A model generated the notes under the pieces. It worked only from the letters and a program-made list of their open reading frames with translations. It was not told the DNA's origin and did not search any database. A program made the position numbers and the translations under genes. From the NCBI GenBank assembly GCA_023261845.1, contig JALNJZ010000003.1, positions 79,383 through 143,382 on the forward strand: a DNA stretch of 64,000 nucleotides, given 5' to 3'. Below, in pieces: positions 38,564 through 51,248 of the stretch. This DNA is from Candidatus Terraquivivens tengchongensis (lineage in GTDB: Archaea; Thermoproteota; Nitrososphaeria_A; Caldarchaeales; Wolframiiraptoraceae). Positions within the stretch are counted from its first letter, which is position 1; the number at the start of each line of letters is the position of its first letter.

Positions 38564-40039
38564 TTGAATCAAAGCTTTGGTATGAACAATATACCGCTAA
38601 AGAAGTTAGATGAAAACGTATGGGTTATAGACAAGAACTTCAAACAAGGTATGAGAGTACCTGTTACGATTTTCGCATCTGAAAAACTGCTCCAAAAAAT
38701 GACGCAAGACAGAACGCTTGAGCAAGGTGCAAACGTTGCTATGCTTCCAGGCATATACAAAGCCAGCATAGTACTCCCCGACGCACACGAAGGATACGGA
38801 TTTCCTATAGGAGGTGTGGCCGCCATGGATGCAACCGATGGTGTCATATCTCCGGGAGGTGTGGGATACGACATCAATTGCGGCGTTAGGCTAATGGTAA
38901 CAAACCTTACCGTAAAGGACGTTATGCCCAAGCTAAAGGAGCTAGTAGATACGATCTTCAGGAATATTCCTGCAGGTCTTGGAAGCAGGCGGAAGGACTT
39001 TAGGGTGAGCCCTTCAGACCTTGATAGGATAGCAATAGAGGGCGCGCGTTATGTTATAGAAAGGTATGGCCTCGGGTGGAACGAGGACATAAAGCACATA
39101 GAGGAGGAGGGCGCTTTAGAAGGAGCGGACCCTTCAAAAGTCTCACCAACCGCTAGGAGTAGGGGCGAGTCCCAGATAGGTACACTCGGCAGCGGTAATC
39201 ACTTCCTTGAAATACAGAGGGTTGACAAAATATTCAACCGCGAAGCTGCGAAGATCATGGGAATAAATCACGAGAATCAGATAACGGTCTTGGTCCATAC
39301 AGGCAGTAGGGGTTATGGCCACCAAATATGTAGCGATTACCTAAAGGTCATGGAAAGGGCGGCCCACAAATATGGAATCAGGCTACCTGACAGGGAGCTT
39401 GCGTGCGCACCTGCCAACACGCCCGAGGCTGATCAGTACCTTAAAGCATTCACATGCGCAGTTAACTTCGCGTTCGCAAACAGGCAAGCAATTAGCCACT
39501 GGGTTAGACAGAGCTTCGAGGAGGTGTTCAAACAACCAGCAGAATCCCTTGGAATGAAGCTCGTGTACGATGTAGCCCATAACATCGTGAAGCTCGAGAA
39601 GCATATGGTAAACGGTGAGACAAAGGATGTTTACGTTCACCGAAAAGGAGCGACGAGGAGCTTCCCCGCTGGACATCCGCTCGTGCCTAGCGATTACAGA
39701 AGCATAGGACAGCCCGTAATAATTCCTGGCTCGATGGGAACAGCAAGCTGGCTTTTGCTAGGGAATCCAAAGGCTATGGAACTGAGCTTCGGTAGCACGG
39801 CTCACGGAGCTGGAAGAGAAATGAGCAGGGCAGGAGCAAAAAGGCGTTATACGGGTCTAACTGTTATAAAAGAGATGGAAAACAAAGGCATAATCGTCAG
39901 GAGCGACAGTACGGAGACGTTGATAGAAGAGGCCGACGAAGCATACAAGAACGTTGACGAGGTGGTTGAGGTAAGCCATGCAGTAGGGATAGCGACAAAA
40001 GTGGCCAGATTTGTTCCTATAGGCGTAATTAAAGGTTAA
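38564..40039 (+). CDS. rtcB: tRNA-splicing ligase RtcB (start probably 38582)
   Basis: PDAHEGYGFPIG, GYDINCG, GSGNHFLE, HRKGAT, HGAGR. Confidence 0.97.
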   Translation: MNQSFGMNNIPLKKLDENVWVIDKNFKQGMRVPVTIFASEKLLQKMTQDRTLEQGANVAMLPGIYKASIVLPDAHEGYGFPIGGVAAMDATDGVISPGGVGYDINCGVRLMVTNLTVKDVMPKLKELVDTIFRNIPAGLGSRRKDFRVSPSDLDRIAIEGARYVIERYGLGWNEDIKHIEEEGALEGADPSKVSPTARSRGESQIGTLGSGNHFLEIQRVDKIFNREAAKIMGINHENQITVLVHTGSRGYGHQICSDYLKVMERAAHKYGIRLPDRELACAPANTPEADQYLKAFTCAVNFAFANRQAISHWVRQSFEEVFKQPAESLGMKLVYDVAHNIVKLEKHMVNGETKDVYVHRKGATRSFPAGHPLVPSDYRSIGQPVIIPGSMGTASWLLLGNPKAMELSFGSTAHGAGREMSRAGAKRRYTGLTVIKEMENKGIIVRSDSTETLIEEADEAYKNVDEVVEVSHAVGIATKVARFVPIGVIKG

Positions 40040-40065
40040 ATCAATAAAGGGTTTAAATTTATTAA

Positions 40066-42276
<2,211 letters not shown>

Positions 42277-42277
42277 A

Positions 42278-43240
42278 TTAGACTTTCTCCTTTATCCTTT
42301 TAATAACGCTGGTAAGGACTGGCAAAACTTTGTACAGGTCGCCTATTATGCTGTAGTCAGCCTCTTTATGCATCGGAGCGTTTGGGTCAGTGTTTATGCA
42401 TACGACGGTTTTTGAATCCCTCATGCCTACCACGTGTTGTATCTGGCCCGACACGCCGACCGCCACATAGAGCTTAGGCTTTACGCGCTTCCCAGAAAGT
42501 CCTATGTGCCTATCCTCAGGAAGCCACTTTAGGTCTCCGGATATCGGTCTAGTGCAGCCAAGCTCGGCCCCTAACACCTTCGCAAACTCTTCCACCAGCT
42601 TCAAGTCATCCTTTCTTTTTAGACCTCTTCCTACGGCAACCACGACTTCTGCATCCTCAAGCCTCACGCCGCTCTTCTCAACGGCTCGGAACCCAACCTT
42701 CGACATTTTCCCTTGTACTGCAAACTCTAATTTCTCCAACTCTCCCTTGCCTTTTGATGTGGTTGCTTGAAACCTGTGAGGCAGTATTGTGATCACGGCA
42801 GGGTAGCTTTCAAAAATCTGTCTCGCAAGAAACCCGCCACCCATCACGAACCTCGTAACTTCAACTTGCGAATCTTTAAGCGAGACATCTAAACATTCCG
42901 ATGCGCATCCTGTGCGCAGGCTTTGTGCAACATAGGCGGCAACCTCCTTTCCTACCTTCGTCGCCGCAATCAACACTATCCTCGGCGATGTTCTTGAAAC
43001 AACATGCGATACTGCTTCTGCAATCGCATCCGGTCCATCTTTTCGCGAATCGACTTCCGAAATTACAAAGAGCTTATCGGCACCATGCTCTGTAAATTTG
43101 GCAACTCTGTCGCCCCCGTCACCTAAAATTATCGCCCCCGTCCAGGAACCTAGCTGATTAGATAACTGTTTAGCCAAGGCAAGAAGTTCAAACGCAAGAC
43201 CGTCTTCCTCAGAGAAGACGAGAACAGCTTTCTCCGTCAT
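42278..43240 (-). CDS. etfA: Electron transfer flavoprotein alpha subunit
   Basis: VAVGRG, IGLSG…PKLY, GVSGQIQH, INTDPNAP. Confidence 0.93.
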   Translation of the reverse strand: MTEKAVLVFSEEDGLAFELLALAKQLSNQLGSWTGAIILGDGGDRVAKFTEHGADKLFVISEVDSRKDGPDAIAEAVSHVVSRTSPRIVLIAATKVGKEVAAYVAQSLRTGCASECLDVSLKDSQVEVTRFVMGGGFLARQIFESYPAVITILPHRFQATTSKGKGELEKLEFAVQGKMSKVGFRAVEKSGVRLEDAEVVVAVGRGLKRKDDLKLVEEFAKVLGAELGCTRPISGDLKWLPEDRHIGLSGKRVKPKLYVAVGVSGQIQHVVGMRDSKTVVCINTDPNAPMHKEADYSIIGDLYKVLPVLTSVIKRIKEKV

Positions 43241-44010
43241 CCCTTTATGACACCTTCCTTCAGCAGATTCATGACCAGTTTTTCGGATACTTCTTCGGGA
43301 CTGCCCTCTATCACCACGTTTTTCCTCACACTCTTAACGACACTCATTTCTACCGTTCTTAAAGCTGGCTTAACAGTAATACCCAAATCCTTCAGGCTCC
43401 AAGTTGTTATGGGTTTTTTGGATGATGCCTTTATCATAAGTAGGCTCGGAATCCTTGGTGTGTTTATTTCTAAGCCCACAGTTAATAGGACGGGCAATGA
43501 CACTTCGTAAGTCTCCACAACGTCTTCTAATGTTCTCTCGACCAAAACCTTGCCTGATTTCAGCTCCAGCTTCGTCACATGAGCAAGAAAGGGTATGCCG
43601 AGCTCCCTGGCTAACCTAGGGCCCGTCTGATATCCCGCCTCGTCGGACGACGCCTCTCCGCATAGGATAATATCCCACCCCTTTATCCTTCTAGCCGCCT
43701 CTGCCAGGACAATGGCCGTAGCTAAACCATCAAAACCTTCCATGGCAGGATCGGAGACCACATAAGCTTCGTCGGCACCCATCGCGAGCGCCTCCCTTAC
43801 CAACATCGTTTTAACATCGGAACCGATGCTTAGAACTGTGACTTTACCACCGTGCTTTTCTTTTAACCTTATGGCCTCTTCCAATGCGTTCAAGTCAAAT
43901 TCGCTGATCTTCTTTGGTGCACGCTGTATGGCTTCTTGGATTGACCCGTTCGATATTCTAAGCTGGTTTACGTCTACGACTTGCTTCACACATACGAGGA
44001 CGTTAACCAT
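43237..44010 (-). CDS. etfB: Electron transfer flavoprotein beta subunit
   Basis: VCVKQV, ALEEAIRLKE, ALAMGAD, INTPRIP. Confidence 0.93.
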   Translation of the reverse strand: MVNVLVCVKQVVDVNQLRISNGSIQEAIQRAPKKISEFDLNALEEAIRLKEKHGGKVTVLSIGSDVKTMLVREALAMGADEAYVVSDPAMEGFDGLATAIVLAEAARRIKGWDIILCGEASSDEAGYQTGPRLARELGIPFLAHVTKLELKSGKVLVERTLEDVVETYEVSLPVLLTVGLEINTPRIPSLLMIKASSKKPITTWSLKDLGITVKPALRTVEMSVVKSVRKNVVIEGSPEEVSEKLVMNLLKEGVIKG

Positions 44011-44045
44011 GTATTATCGCAAAGAATTGACGTATGCTGATATTT

Positions 44046-46103
44046 CTAATTTTCTTCATCGAAGACGGCTGTTGCTAAAACTTCTGCTACATCTTTTACA
44101 ATAAAGCCCTCCAAGCCCATGACCCTCGCAGCATCCTCGAACATCGCTAAGCAGTACGGACACTCGACCACAACCATCTTTGCGCCTACCGAGATAGCCT
44201 CCTCAAGTCTTATCAGGGACTCTCTCTTACTCCTTGGTATGTGATACCAATAGTTGCAACCGCCCGCACCACAACAGAAGCTATCTTCCTTCGAGCGTCG
44301 AAATTCTAAAAGTTTGTTTGACAGAACAGTGGATAGCACGTACCTTGGCTCGGCATATATTCCATTCACACGACCTATGTAGCATGAATCATGCAAGACG
44401 GCAGGTGTCTCAAGTTTCTTCTTTACATGAAACCTCCCATCCTTTAACAGCGCGCTCAGCAATTGGGTGTGGTGGACAACATCGGCCTCTAAACCGAATT
44501 CTCTGTACTCGTTCTTTAAAGTGTTATAGCAATGCGGACAATGCGTCACTATCTTCTTTACTTTAAGTCCCATGATCTTCTCCACGTTGGCATATGCCTG
44601 TTCTTGAAATCTTCCTTCCTCACCGACCCTTCTGGCCGGGTCGCCAGTGCACCTTTCATCGGCAAGTATCCCAACGTTCAATCCTGCTTCCTTCAGAAGC
44701 CTAATGGTCGTCTTAGCTACTTTCCCAGCTCTTGGGTCGTAAAAGGCAGCGCAACCGAGCCAATACAAGTACTCTACTTCACCATCATCCGGTAGGATTT
44801 TTACACCCATGCCCCTGAGCTCTTCGACCAACTTCTCCTTCTCGTACTCAGGCATACCGAACGGGTTAGACATCCTGGCTATGTTAGAAACCAACGGGTA
44901 AACCCTTTCGTCCATCTTACCCTCAAAGACTATCGCCCTCCTAATCTCGATTGCATATTTTATGGGGCTTATGAGAACAGGACATTTCAACGAACACGCA
45001 TAGCAAGTGGTGCACGCCCATACTGCCTCTTCTTCTATCACACCCTCAGCTAACACATCACGGTCTCTGAAACCTTTATCGAGCGAATACTTTAACGATT
45101 GGATAAGCCTCCTTGGGGATAGTGCTGAGCCAGATTCGTAAGCCGGACAGGATTCTTCACATCTACCACAATCCGTGCAAGCATAGATGCTGAGCGCATC
45201 TCTCCAGCCCATCTCTCCCACTTTTTTGAACCCAACGTGCAACTCAACCTCTTCAGCTTCATCCAAAGCTTTAATGTTAAAGGGTGTTGTCAGCTTTCCA
45301 ACGGGCTCCATCGGCCTCGAGAGGTAGATGTTCAGGGAAGACGTTAGGATGTGCATAAGGTTGGAATAAGGCAGAAATGCGATTAACGTGAGAGCCACGA
45401 GTCCATGGCTCCACCAAAGCACGATGTATAGCTCATATGCTAACTCCGGGTGAACGCCAAAGTATGAGATCATGTCTGCGATCGTTTTACCTATAAAAGA
45501 GTAACCAGACCATGGCACATCTTTGAGAAACAACCTAAACCCTTCTACTAAAAACCCAGATATGCCTACGTACAACAGCCCTACCAACACTAGCGTGTAT
45601 TGTATGCCGGTGCCGATCCTAGGAGGATACCTGACGATTCTAGAGGTAAGGAGCACGGCTACGCTCAACACGAAAAGCAATCCAAAGAAGTCCAGAAGCG
45701 ATTCAACGAATGGGTAAATGTCTCCAACTAATAGTTTTACCCCGAACTTTTCGACGGTATGGTCAACAAAAACTATGCACGTACCTATGAAGAGGATTAT
45801 TGTTCCGATAAAGAGCGTTGCGTGTAGGCCGCCCCTAAAGCGGTCAGAGATTATCTTAACTTGAAGCAGGCCATACTTAAGAAAAGCCTTTAACCTTTGT
45901 TCGCCATGCTTAGTGACTTCTTTTATCACATATCGTCCGTAAAGCCTGTAATGCTTGTACAGGCCTGCGATGAAGATAGCCACGAATAGTATCAGGATTG
46001 AATAAAAAACGAGCTCCATGAATTGAGGCAGTAATGCGAAGCTTTCCCTGAATGGTTGGAACAAGATAAACACCTTTTTTGATACAGTGCAATATGTTGG
46101 CAA
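44046..46103 (-). CDS. Membrane-bound Fe-S oxidoreductase (FadF / HdrD-like, ETF-linked)
   Basis: N-terminal membrane region, CTDCGRCEESCP, CTTCYACSLKCP, CCG domains; start uncertain. Confidence 0.87.
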   Translation of the reverse strand: MPTYCTVSKKVFILFQPFRESFALLPQFMELVFYSILILFVAIFIAGLYKHYRLYGRYVIKEVTKHGEQRLKAFLKYGLLQVKIISDRFRGGLHATLFIGTIILFIGTCIVFVDHTVEKFGVKLLVGDIYPFVESLLDFFGLLFVLSVAVLLTSRIVRYPPRIGTGIQYTLVLVGLLYVGISGFLVEGFRLFLKDVPWSGYSFIGKTIADMISYFGVHPELAYELYIVLWWSHGLVALTLIAFLPYSNLMHILTSSLNIYLSRPMEPVGKLTTPFNIKALDEAEEVELHVGFKKVGEMGWRDALSIYACTDCGRCEESCPAYESGSALSPRRLIQSLKYSLDKGFRDRDVLAEGVIEEEAVWACTTCYACSLKCPVLISPIKYAIEIRRAIVFEGKMDERVYPLVSNIARMSNPFGMPEYEKEKLVEELRGMGVKILPDDGEVEYLYWLGCAAFYDPRAGKVAKTTIRLLKEAGLNVGILADERCTGDPARRVGEEGRFQEQAYANVEKIMGLKVKKIVTHCPHCYNTLKNEYREFGLEADVVHHTQLLSALLKDGRFHVKKKLETPAVLHDSCYIGRVNGIYAEPRYVLSTVLSNKLLEFRRSKEDSFCCGAGGCNYWYHIPRSKRESLIRLEEAISVGAKMVVVECPYCLAMFEDAARVMGLEGFIVKDVAEVLATAVFDEEN

Positions 46104-46139
46104 GCCAACTTTAATATAAGGTTAAACTATTTTCACAAA

Positions 46140-46358
46140 GTGGTGGAGGTTGAAGCGTTGCACAAAGAGTACAAGGTCGTATCGTGTCCGAGTTGTGGCC
46201 ATCTACAGATTACTCTTGCCGAGCATTCTTTCATATGTCATGGCTGCGGTAGGAAAAATTACGTAAGTTCTAAATGTGTGCTGTATGTGTCCAAGAATCA
46301 GGAGGACGTCAGGGCAGTGCTAATCTCCTTAAAGATGAAGAGGACATGTAAATCTTAG
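46140..46358 (+). CDS. Small zinc-ribbon protein
   Basis: CPSC and CHGC pairs. Confidence 0.6.
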   Translation: MVEVEALHKEYKVVSCPSCGHLQITLAEHSFICHGCGRKNYVSSKCVLYVSKNQEDVRAVLISLKMKRTCKS

Positions 46359-46393
46359 CCTTCTTCAAAACTTCCGCCAAAGTTTTATGGTAA

Positions 46394-47281
46394 ATGCTTT
46401 TCTATGGGTTACTAAACCGTATGAACATGACAACAGGCCCTGTCCTCGGGGCACATGTATCTATAGCGGGCTCAATCGACAAGGCGGTTGACAGGGCCGT
46501 AGAAATAGGTTGCATCGGAACTTTCCAAATATTCACAAGAAACCCGAGAGGGTGGAAGTTCAAAAAACTAAACCCAGAAGAAGTCAGATTATTCAAGGAA
46601 AAGGTCAGGGCTAAAGAATTCTCCGTACCGGTCGGTCATATGCCGTACTTACCCAATATAGCCTCGCCTTCGAAGCAGCTCTTCACAAAGTCCCTAAACG
46701 TATTGACAGCTGAGCTGGAGAGGTGCGGCGAGCTGGGTATAAAGTTCCTTGCTGTACATCTGGGAAGCCACATGGGGAAGGGCATTGATGTTGGCATACA
46801 AAAAGTGACGGAGGCTTGCAGGACTGCATTGGAAAAAGTTCAGAACGACGTCGTGATACTCTTAGAAAACATGGCAGGGCAGAAGAATAGCGTTGGTTCT
46901 AAGTTTGAGGAGCTAAGGAAGATTCTAGACTCGATAGGCGATGAAAGGCGTGTCGCGATATGCTTCGATACATGTCACGCGTTTGCGGCTGGCTACGACT
47001 TAAGAAACGAGGACGCAGTAGAAAAGACTGTTGAACAATTCGATAACGTGATAGGCATAAAGCACCTTAAGGTCATTCACATAAACGATTCAAAAGGTGA
47101 GCTTGGCAGTCATCTAGACAGGCATGAACATGTAGGCATGGGTATGATAGGCGAGAAAGGTTTCAGAGCGATATTTCACCACAAAGCCTTAAGGAATCTT
47201 CCGTTTATCCTAGAAACGCCCGAAGACAAGAGGGGAAACTTTAGGACGAATATACTGAAGTGTAAGGAACTTTACGGGTGA
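46394..47281 (+). CDS. nfo: Endonuclease IV
   Basis: GAHVSIAG, HMPYLPN, LENMAG, DTCHAF, HINDSK, DRHEH, ILETP. Confidence 0.96.
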   Translation: MLFYGLLNRMNMTTGPVLGAHVSIAGSIDKAVDRAVEIGCIGTFQIFTRNPRGWKFKKLNPEEVRLFKEKVRAKEFSVPVGHMPYLPNIASPSKQLFTKSLNVLTAELERCGELGIKFLAVHLGSHMGKGIDVGIQKVTEACRTALEKVQNDVVILLENMAGQKNSVGSKFEELRKILDSIGDERRVAICFDTCHAFAAGYDLRNEDAVEKTVEQFDNVIGIKHLKVIHINDSKGELGSHLDRHEHVGMGMIGEKGFRAIFHHKALRNLPFILETPEDKRGNFRTNILKCKELYG

Positions 47282-47335
47282 GGCGTTACGGAGAAATTCA
47301 GCATAAGGACGCTGATCCTGAAGCTTATCAGGAGC

Positions 47336-47716
47336 ATGCTCACGATAAGATTCCTGGAATTTAGCGTCGTTGGTGCCATTGGTGTCATCGTCAACCAAAC
47401 AGTACTTTTTCTTCTAGCATACATCCTCGGAATCTACTACCTATTGGCGGCCGTGTTCAGTTTCGAGGTCGCGCTCCTTAACAATTTCTTCCTTAACGAA
47501 TGGTGGACGTTCAGGAAAAGGAACCTGTCCTCGTCATTTTGGCTTAGGCTCGTTAGGTTTCATGTTTCAAGAGTCCTTGGATTCGCCGCGACAATGGTCA
47601 CGCTATTCCTCATAACGGAGTTCCTAAACGTACACTACCTGATATCCAACGTAATAGCCATAGGAATTGGTACGTGCATTAACTATTTTACAAGTGACTT
47701 ATGGGTTTGGAGATAA
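47336..47716 (+). CDS. GtrA-family membrane protein
   Basis: FSVVGAIG, NNFFLNEWWTF, four hydrophobic segments. Confidence 0.88.
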   Translation: MLTIRFLEFSVVGAIGVIVNQTVLFLLAYILGIYYLLAAVFSFEVALLNNFFLNEWWTFRKRNLSSSFWLRLVRFHVSRVLGFAATMVTLFLITEFLNVHYLISNVIAIGIGTCINYFTSDLWVWR

Positions 47717-47750
47717 ACGTTATTATTGCAGGATAAAGCACACGTTTTCC

Positions 47751-48332
47751 ATGAAAGCTGAATACAAACTCTCCGGCTTATCGATGAAGGTCGCTTTAAC
47801 CGCAACTTTCTCAGCGTTGGGCGTCGTGCTAGCACCGTTCTTCTGGTTCCCATTCCTTGGGACGAAGGCCTATCCCGGACAGCACTTCATAAACTCGTTA
47901 TCCGGCGTAATGCTGGGTCCTTGGTGGGCAGCGCTCGTAGCTATAATAATTGGTCTCATAAGGAATGCGCTTGGTATCGGTACGGTGTTCGCCTTTCCTG
48001 GAGGTATACCCGGAGCCATCGTCGTGGGACTTGTCTACATGCTCACTTCGCGTATAAAAAACAGATACCTGAAATACATAGCAGTATTCTTTGAGCCGAT
48101 AGGCACGGTCTTCGTTGGAGGGACTGTCTCGCTACTGCTTGTCGCACCGTGGACCGCAAGTTACCTGAAGCCTGCGCAAGACATGCTTATGCGAATACAA
48201 GAGCTTGGTACATTTACGGCGCTCCTTACGTTATGGAGCGGATGGGCTATAAGCTCGATCATAGGTAGCGTCATAGGGTTCGTAGTTCTGGTTGCGCTCG
48301 AAAGGTTTGGTGTGCTTTCAAAAAGGGGTTAA
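47751..48332 (+). CDS. thiW: ECF transporter S component ThiW
   Basis: AYPGQHFIN…LGPW, IRNALGIGTVFAFPG, EPIGT. Confidence 0.88.
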   Translation: MKAEYKLSGLSMKVALTATFSALGVVLAPFFWFPFLGTKAYPGQHFINSLSGVMLGPWWAALVAIIIGLIRNALGIGTVFAFPGGIPGAIVVGLVYMLTSRIKNRYLKYIAVFFEPIGTVFVGGTVSLLLVAPWTASYLKPAQDMLMRIQELGTFTALLTLWSGWAISSIIGSVIGFVVLVALERFGVLSKRG

Positions 48333-48335
48333 TGA

Positions 48336-48893
48336 GTGTTGACCTTAAAGCTCGAGGACGTGCTTGGTAAAAAGGTGCTGATAGCGGGCGAGGCTGGAAC
48401 AGGCAAAACAATGCTCCTCGTTAAATTGTTGGAGGAGGCAAACGCACAGAGCATTTCTGATGCGGTGACCTTGATAGACTTGGCACCAAAAAAGATCGGC
48501 GAATTCGGCGGCAGAGTTGCGGATTATTTGCGCCAAATCGGTGGCATAAGGTTGCTGATGCCAGTAAACGTTTTTGCACCAAGGCTATCTGGTAAGACGA
48601 AGGATGAAGTTATGTCGCTTGCCGAGAAGAACAGGGAAGCTATCGAGCCGTTGCTGAAGGGATTCCTCAGTAAACCTACGAGGATACTCTTCATTAATGA
48701 CTTGACGATTTACCTTCATGCCGGTGACCCCGAACTGTTGGAAAAATGCATTGAGGTTTCCGAGACATTCGTGGGGACTGCCTACTACGGAACAAAGCTC
48801 CAGGATGACAAGGGCTCCGGCATAACCCTTAGGGAAAGGATGCTGGCTGAAAGAATAATGAAAAAAGTCGATAAGGTGATCTTCCTAGAATGA
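48336..48893 (+). CDS. Small P-loop NTPase of unknown function
   Basis: Walker A GEAGTGKT; Walker B-like ILFIND. Confidence 0.7.
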   Translation: MLTLKLEDVLGKKVLIAGEAGTGKTMLLVKLLEEANAQSISDAVTLIDLAPKKIGEFGGRVADYLRQIGGIRLLMPVNVFAPRLSGKTKDEVMSLAEKNREAIEPLLKGFLSKPTRILFINDLTIYLHAGDPELLEKCIEVSETFVGTAYYGTKLQDDKGSGITLRERMLAERIMKKVDKVIFLE

Positions 48894-48968
48894 ATGTGCC
48901 TTTCCTGCAACTTAATAAACGCCTTTTATGCACGTATATAAGCCTGAACAATACCCGCTTTTGACGAG

Positions 48969-50321
48969 ATGAAGGCATTTAGGGCACGTGCGCTAACGGT
49001 CGCGGGTTCTGATTCGGGAGGAGGTGCTGGTATACAGGCAGACCTTAAGACTTTTGCAGCCTTGGGCGTTCATGGTATGTGCGCAATAACAGCGATCACG
49101 GCCCAGAACACAGTTGGGGTTTATGCAGTCCAAGACATAGATGTTGACGTCATCAGGAGCCAGATAAGGGCCGTGGTCGAGGACATAGGGGTTGACGCCG
49201 TCAAGACGGGCATGTTGCACACGTCCCAAATAATAGACGCGGTCGCAGAAGAGCTCTCCAAACTCTCTAAACCAATAGTCGTGGACCCCGTTATGATCGC
49301 GAAGAGCGGCGCGGAGCTACTGAGAGAGGACGCTGTAAAGTCCCTCATCGAGAAAATGCTTCCAATCGCTACAGTTCTGACACCGAATGCAATGGAGACT
49401 TCGAAGCTGGTAGGTTTTGCCGTGAAGACTTTAGAAGATGCAAAGAGGGCGGCGAAGAGAATAGCTGAGATGGGACCGAAGGCGGTTGTTGTGAAGGGCG
49501 GACACATAGATACTGAAAAATCTGCTGACACGCTATACTGCGATGGTGAATTCAGGATACTGGAGTCTCCAAGGATTGATACGAAAAACACACATGGTAC
49601 AGGATGCGTCTTTGCATCTGCCATAGCGGCTGAGCTAGCAAAAGGCTCGGACGTTATCAGCGCAGTTTCTCAGGCCAAACAGTTCGTCCTAAACGCTATC
49701 AGGAACGGAATAAGTATAGGTAGAGGACACGGACCAGTAAATCCTTCTGCATCCGTGTACGAAGCCGCTATGAAGTTTGAAGCTTTAGAACGTCTCAAAG
49801 AAGCTATTAGAATGCTGGAATTCACACCAGCTGTCGCGAAACTCATACCGGAGTCTCAGTCTAACATAGCCATGGCAATCCCGTACGCAGAGAGCAGAGA
49901 GGAGGTCGTTGCGGTACCCGGAAGGATAGTGAGACAGCCGTGGGGCGTTAAAGCATCCGGATGTCCAGAATTCGGTGCATCCCGACACGTAGCGAACGCT
50001 GTGTTAACCGCTATGGAGTACAACCCGAACATAAGGGCTGCCATGAACATAAGGCTGGGCGAGGATGTGCTGAACGCGGCAAAAGCCCTAGGCCTCAGCA
50101 TATCGCATTACGATAGAAGGTTAGAACCTGAAGATGTTAAGAAGACCGAAGGTATGAGCGTGAGATGGGGCATAAGCCAGGCGGTTAAACTCCATGGCAA
50201 GGTACCGAATGTTGTTTACCATGAAGGCGATTGGGGAAAGGAGCCGATGGTCACGGTGTTCGGAAAGGATGCTGTCGAGGTTGCATCCTTCGTGATCAAG
50301 CTGGCCGAAATGATAAAGTAG
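48969..50321 (+). CDS. thiDN: Bifunctional HMP/HMP-P kinase and thiamine-phosphate synthase (ThiD-ThiN)
   Basis: AGSDSGGGAGIQAD, VKTGML, HGTGC; C-terminal PEFGASRHVA, GDWGKEP. Confidence 0.94.
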   Translation: MKAFRARALTVAGSDSGGGAGIQADLKTFAALGVHGMCAITAITAQNTVGVYAVQDIDVDVIRSQIRAVVEDIGVDAVKTGMLHTSQIIDAVAEELSKLSKPIVVDPVMIAKSGAELLREDAVKSLIEKMLPIATVLTPNAMETSKLVGFAVKTLEDAKRAAKRIAEMGPKAVVVKGGHIDTEKSADTLYCDGEFRILESPRIDTKNTHGTGCVFASAIAAELAKGSDVISAVSQAKQFVLNAIRNGISIGRGHGPVNPSASVYEAAMKFEALERLKEAIRMLEFTPAVAKLIPESQSNIAMAIPYAESREEVVAVPGRIVRQPWGVKASGCPEFGASRHVANAVLTAMEYNPNIRAAMNIRLGEDVLNAAKALGLSISHYDRRLEPEDVKKTEGMSVRWGISQAVKLHGKVPNVVYHEGDWGKEPMVTVFGKDAVEVASFVIKLAEMIK

Positions 50322-50323
50322 GC

Positions 50324-50557
50324 TCAGCGCTTAACCAGCAGCAGTATGAGGTAGATTAAGACCGCAGCCACTATGAACGCTGGCGATGTTCCTATCGTCA
50401 CACCATCAACCCTGAAATACCAGAGGAGGAATGGATGGATCTCCTCGAGCCTTGGTATGAACTTTAACATAACTGGTAACATCACGAGCATCACACCAAC
50501 TATTATGAGAATTATGCCGAGGAATAAGAGAGACGAGGTTAGCTCATTCCCTATCAT
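50324..50557 (-). CDS. Small membrane protein
   Basis: Two hydrophobic segments; ATGA coupling to the upstream gene. Confidence 0.65.
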   Translation of the reverse strand: MIGNELTSSLLFLGIILIIVGVMLVMLPVMLKFIPRLEEIHPFLLWYFRVDGVTIGTSPAFIVAAVLIYLILLLVKR

Positions 50558-51195
50558 GTAGGACCTCTCCTGGCTGAAAGGAGCCTTATTACTTCCTCAT
50601 CCTCAACTTGCTCAAATTCTTCATAAAATTGACCTATGGCAAAGAAAGGTTCTGGAGTGGACAGACACACGACTTTATCAACTTCTCGCCTCAAGCTTCT
50701 GACAACATCCGGTGGCGCTACGGGTACGGCAACCACGATTGCCTTCGGTCCCAGCTTCTTGATGTAGCTTATAGCCGCCTTCATGGTCGCACCGGTTGCG
50801 AGGCCATCGTCAACAAGTATCGCGATCTTGTCCTTTATTGGTATCATTTCCCTCCCAGACCTGTAAAGCGATGCGCGCCTCCTTATCTCAGCGACCTCTT
50901 CCTTAATCTTCCTTTCTATGTACTGTTGCGACACGCCCATGGATTCTATCAAATCCTCGTTCAGCACTGTCGTTCCGTCCTCTGCCACGGCTCCAATGGC
51001 CAGTTCCGGCTGAAGCGGTGCACCCAATTTTCTCGGAATTATAACGTCGAGCGGACAGCCCAGCTCCTCCGCAACATAATATCCGACGACGACACCACCT
51101 CTGGGAATAGCCAATACGACGCAGTCGTATCCCTTGTAGTCTTTAAGCGCCTTAGCCAGTAGCCTGCCTGCCTCTTCCCTGTTCTTGAAAACCAT
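50554..51195 (-). CDS. Phosphoribosyltransferase family protein
   Basis: AIPRGG, ILVDDGLATGAT, FFAIGQFY. Confidence 0.9.
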   Translation of the reverse strand: MVFKNREEAGRLLAKALKDYKGYDCVVLAIPRGGVVVGYYVAEELGCPLDVIIPRKLGAPLQPELAIGAVAEDGTTVLNEDLIESMGVSQQYIERKIKEEVAEIRRRASLYRSGREMIPIKDKIAILVDDGLATGATMKAAISYIKKLGPKAIVVAVPVAPPDVVRSLRREVDKVVCLSTPEPFFAIGQFYEEFEQVEDEEVIRLLSARRGPT

Positions 51196-51248
51196 ACAAA
51201 AAGTAATGTGTGATTGCTGCTTATAAATACTGTAGTTGAGGTAATCGT

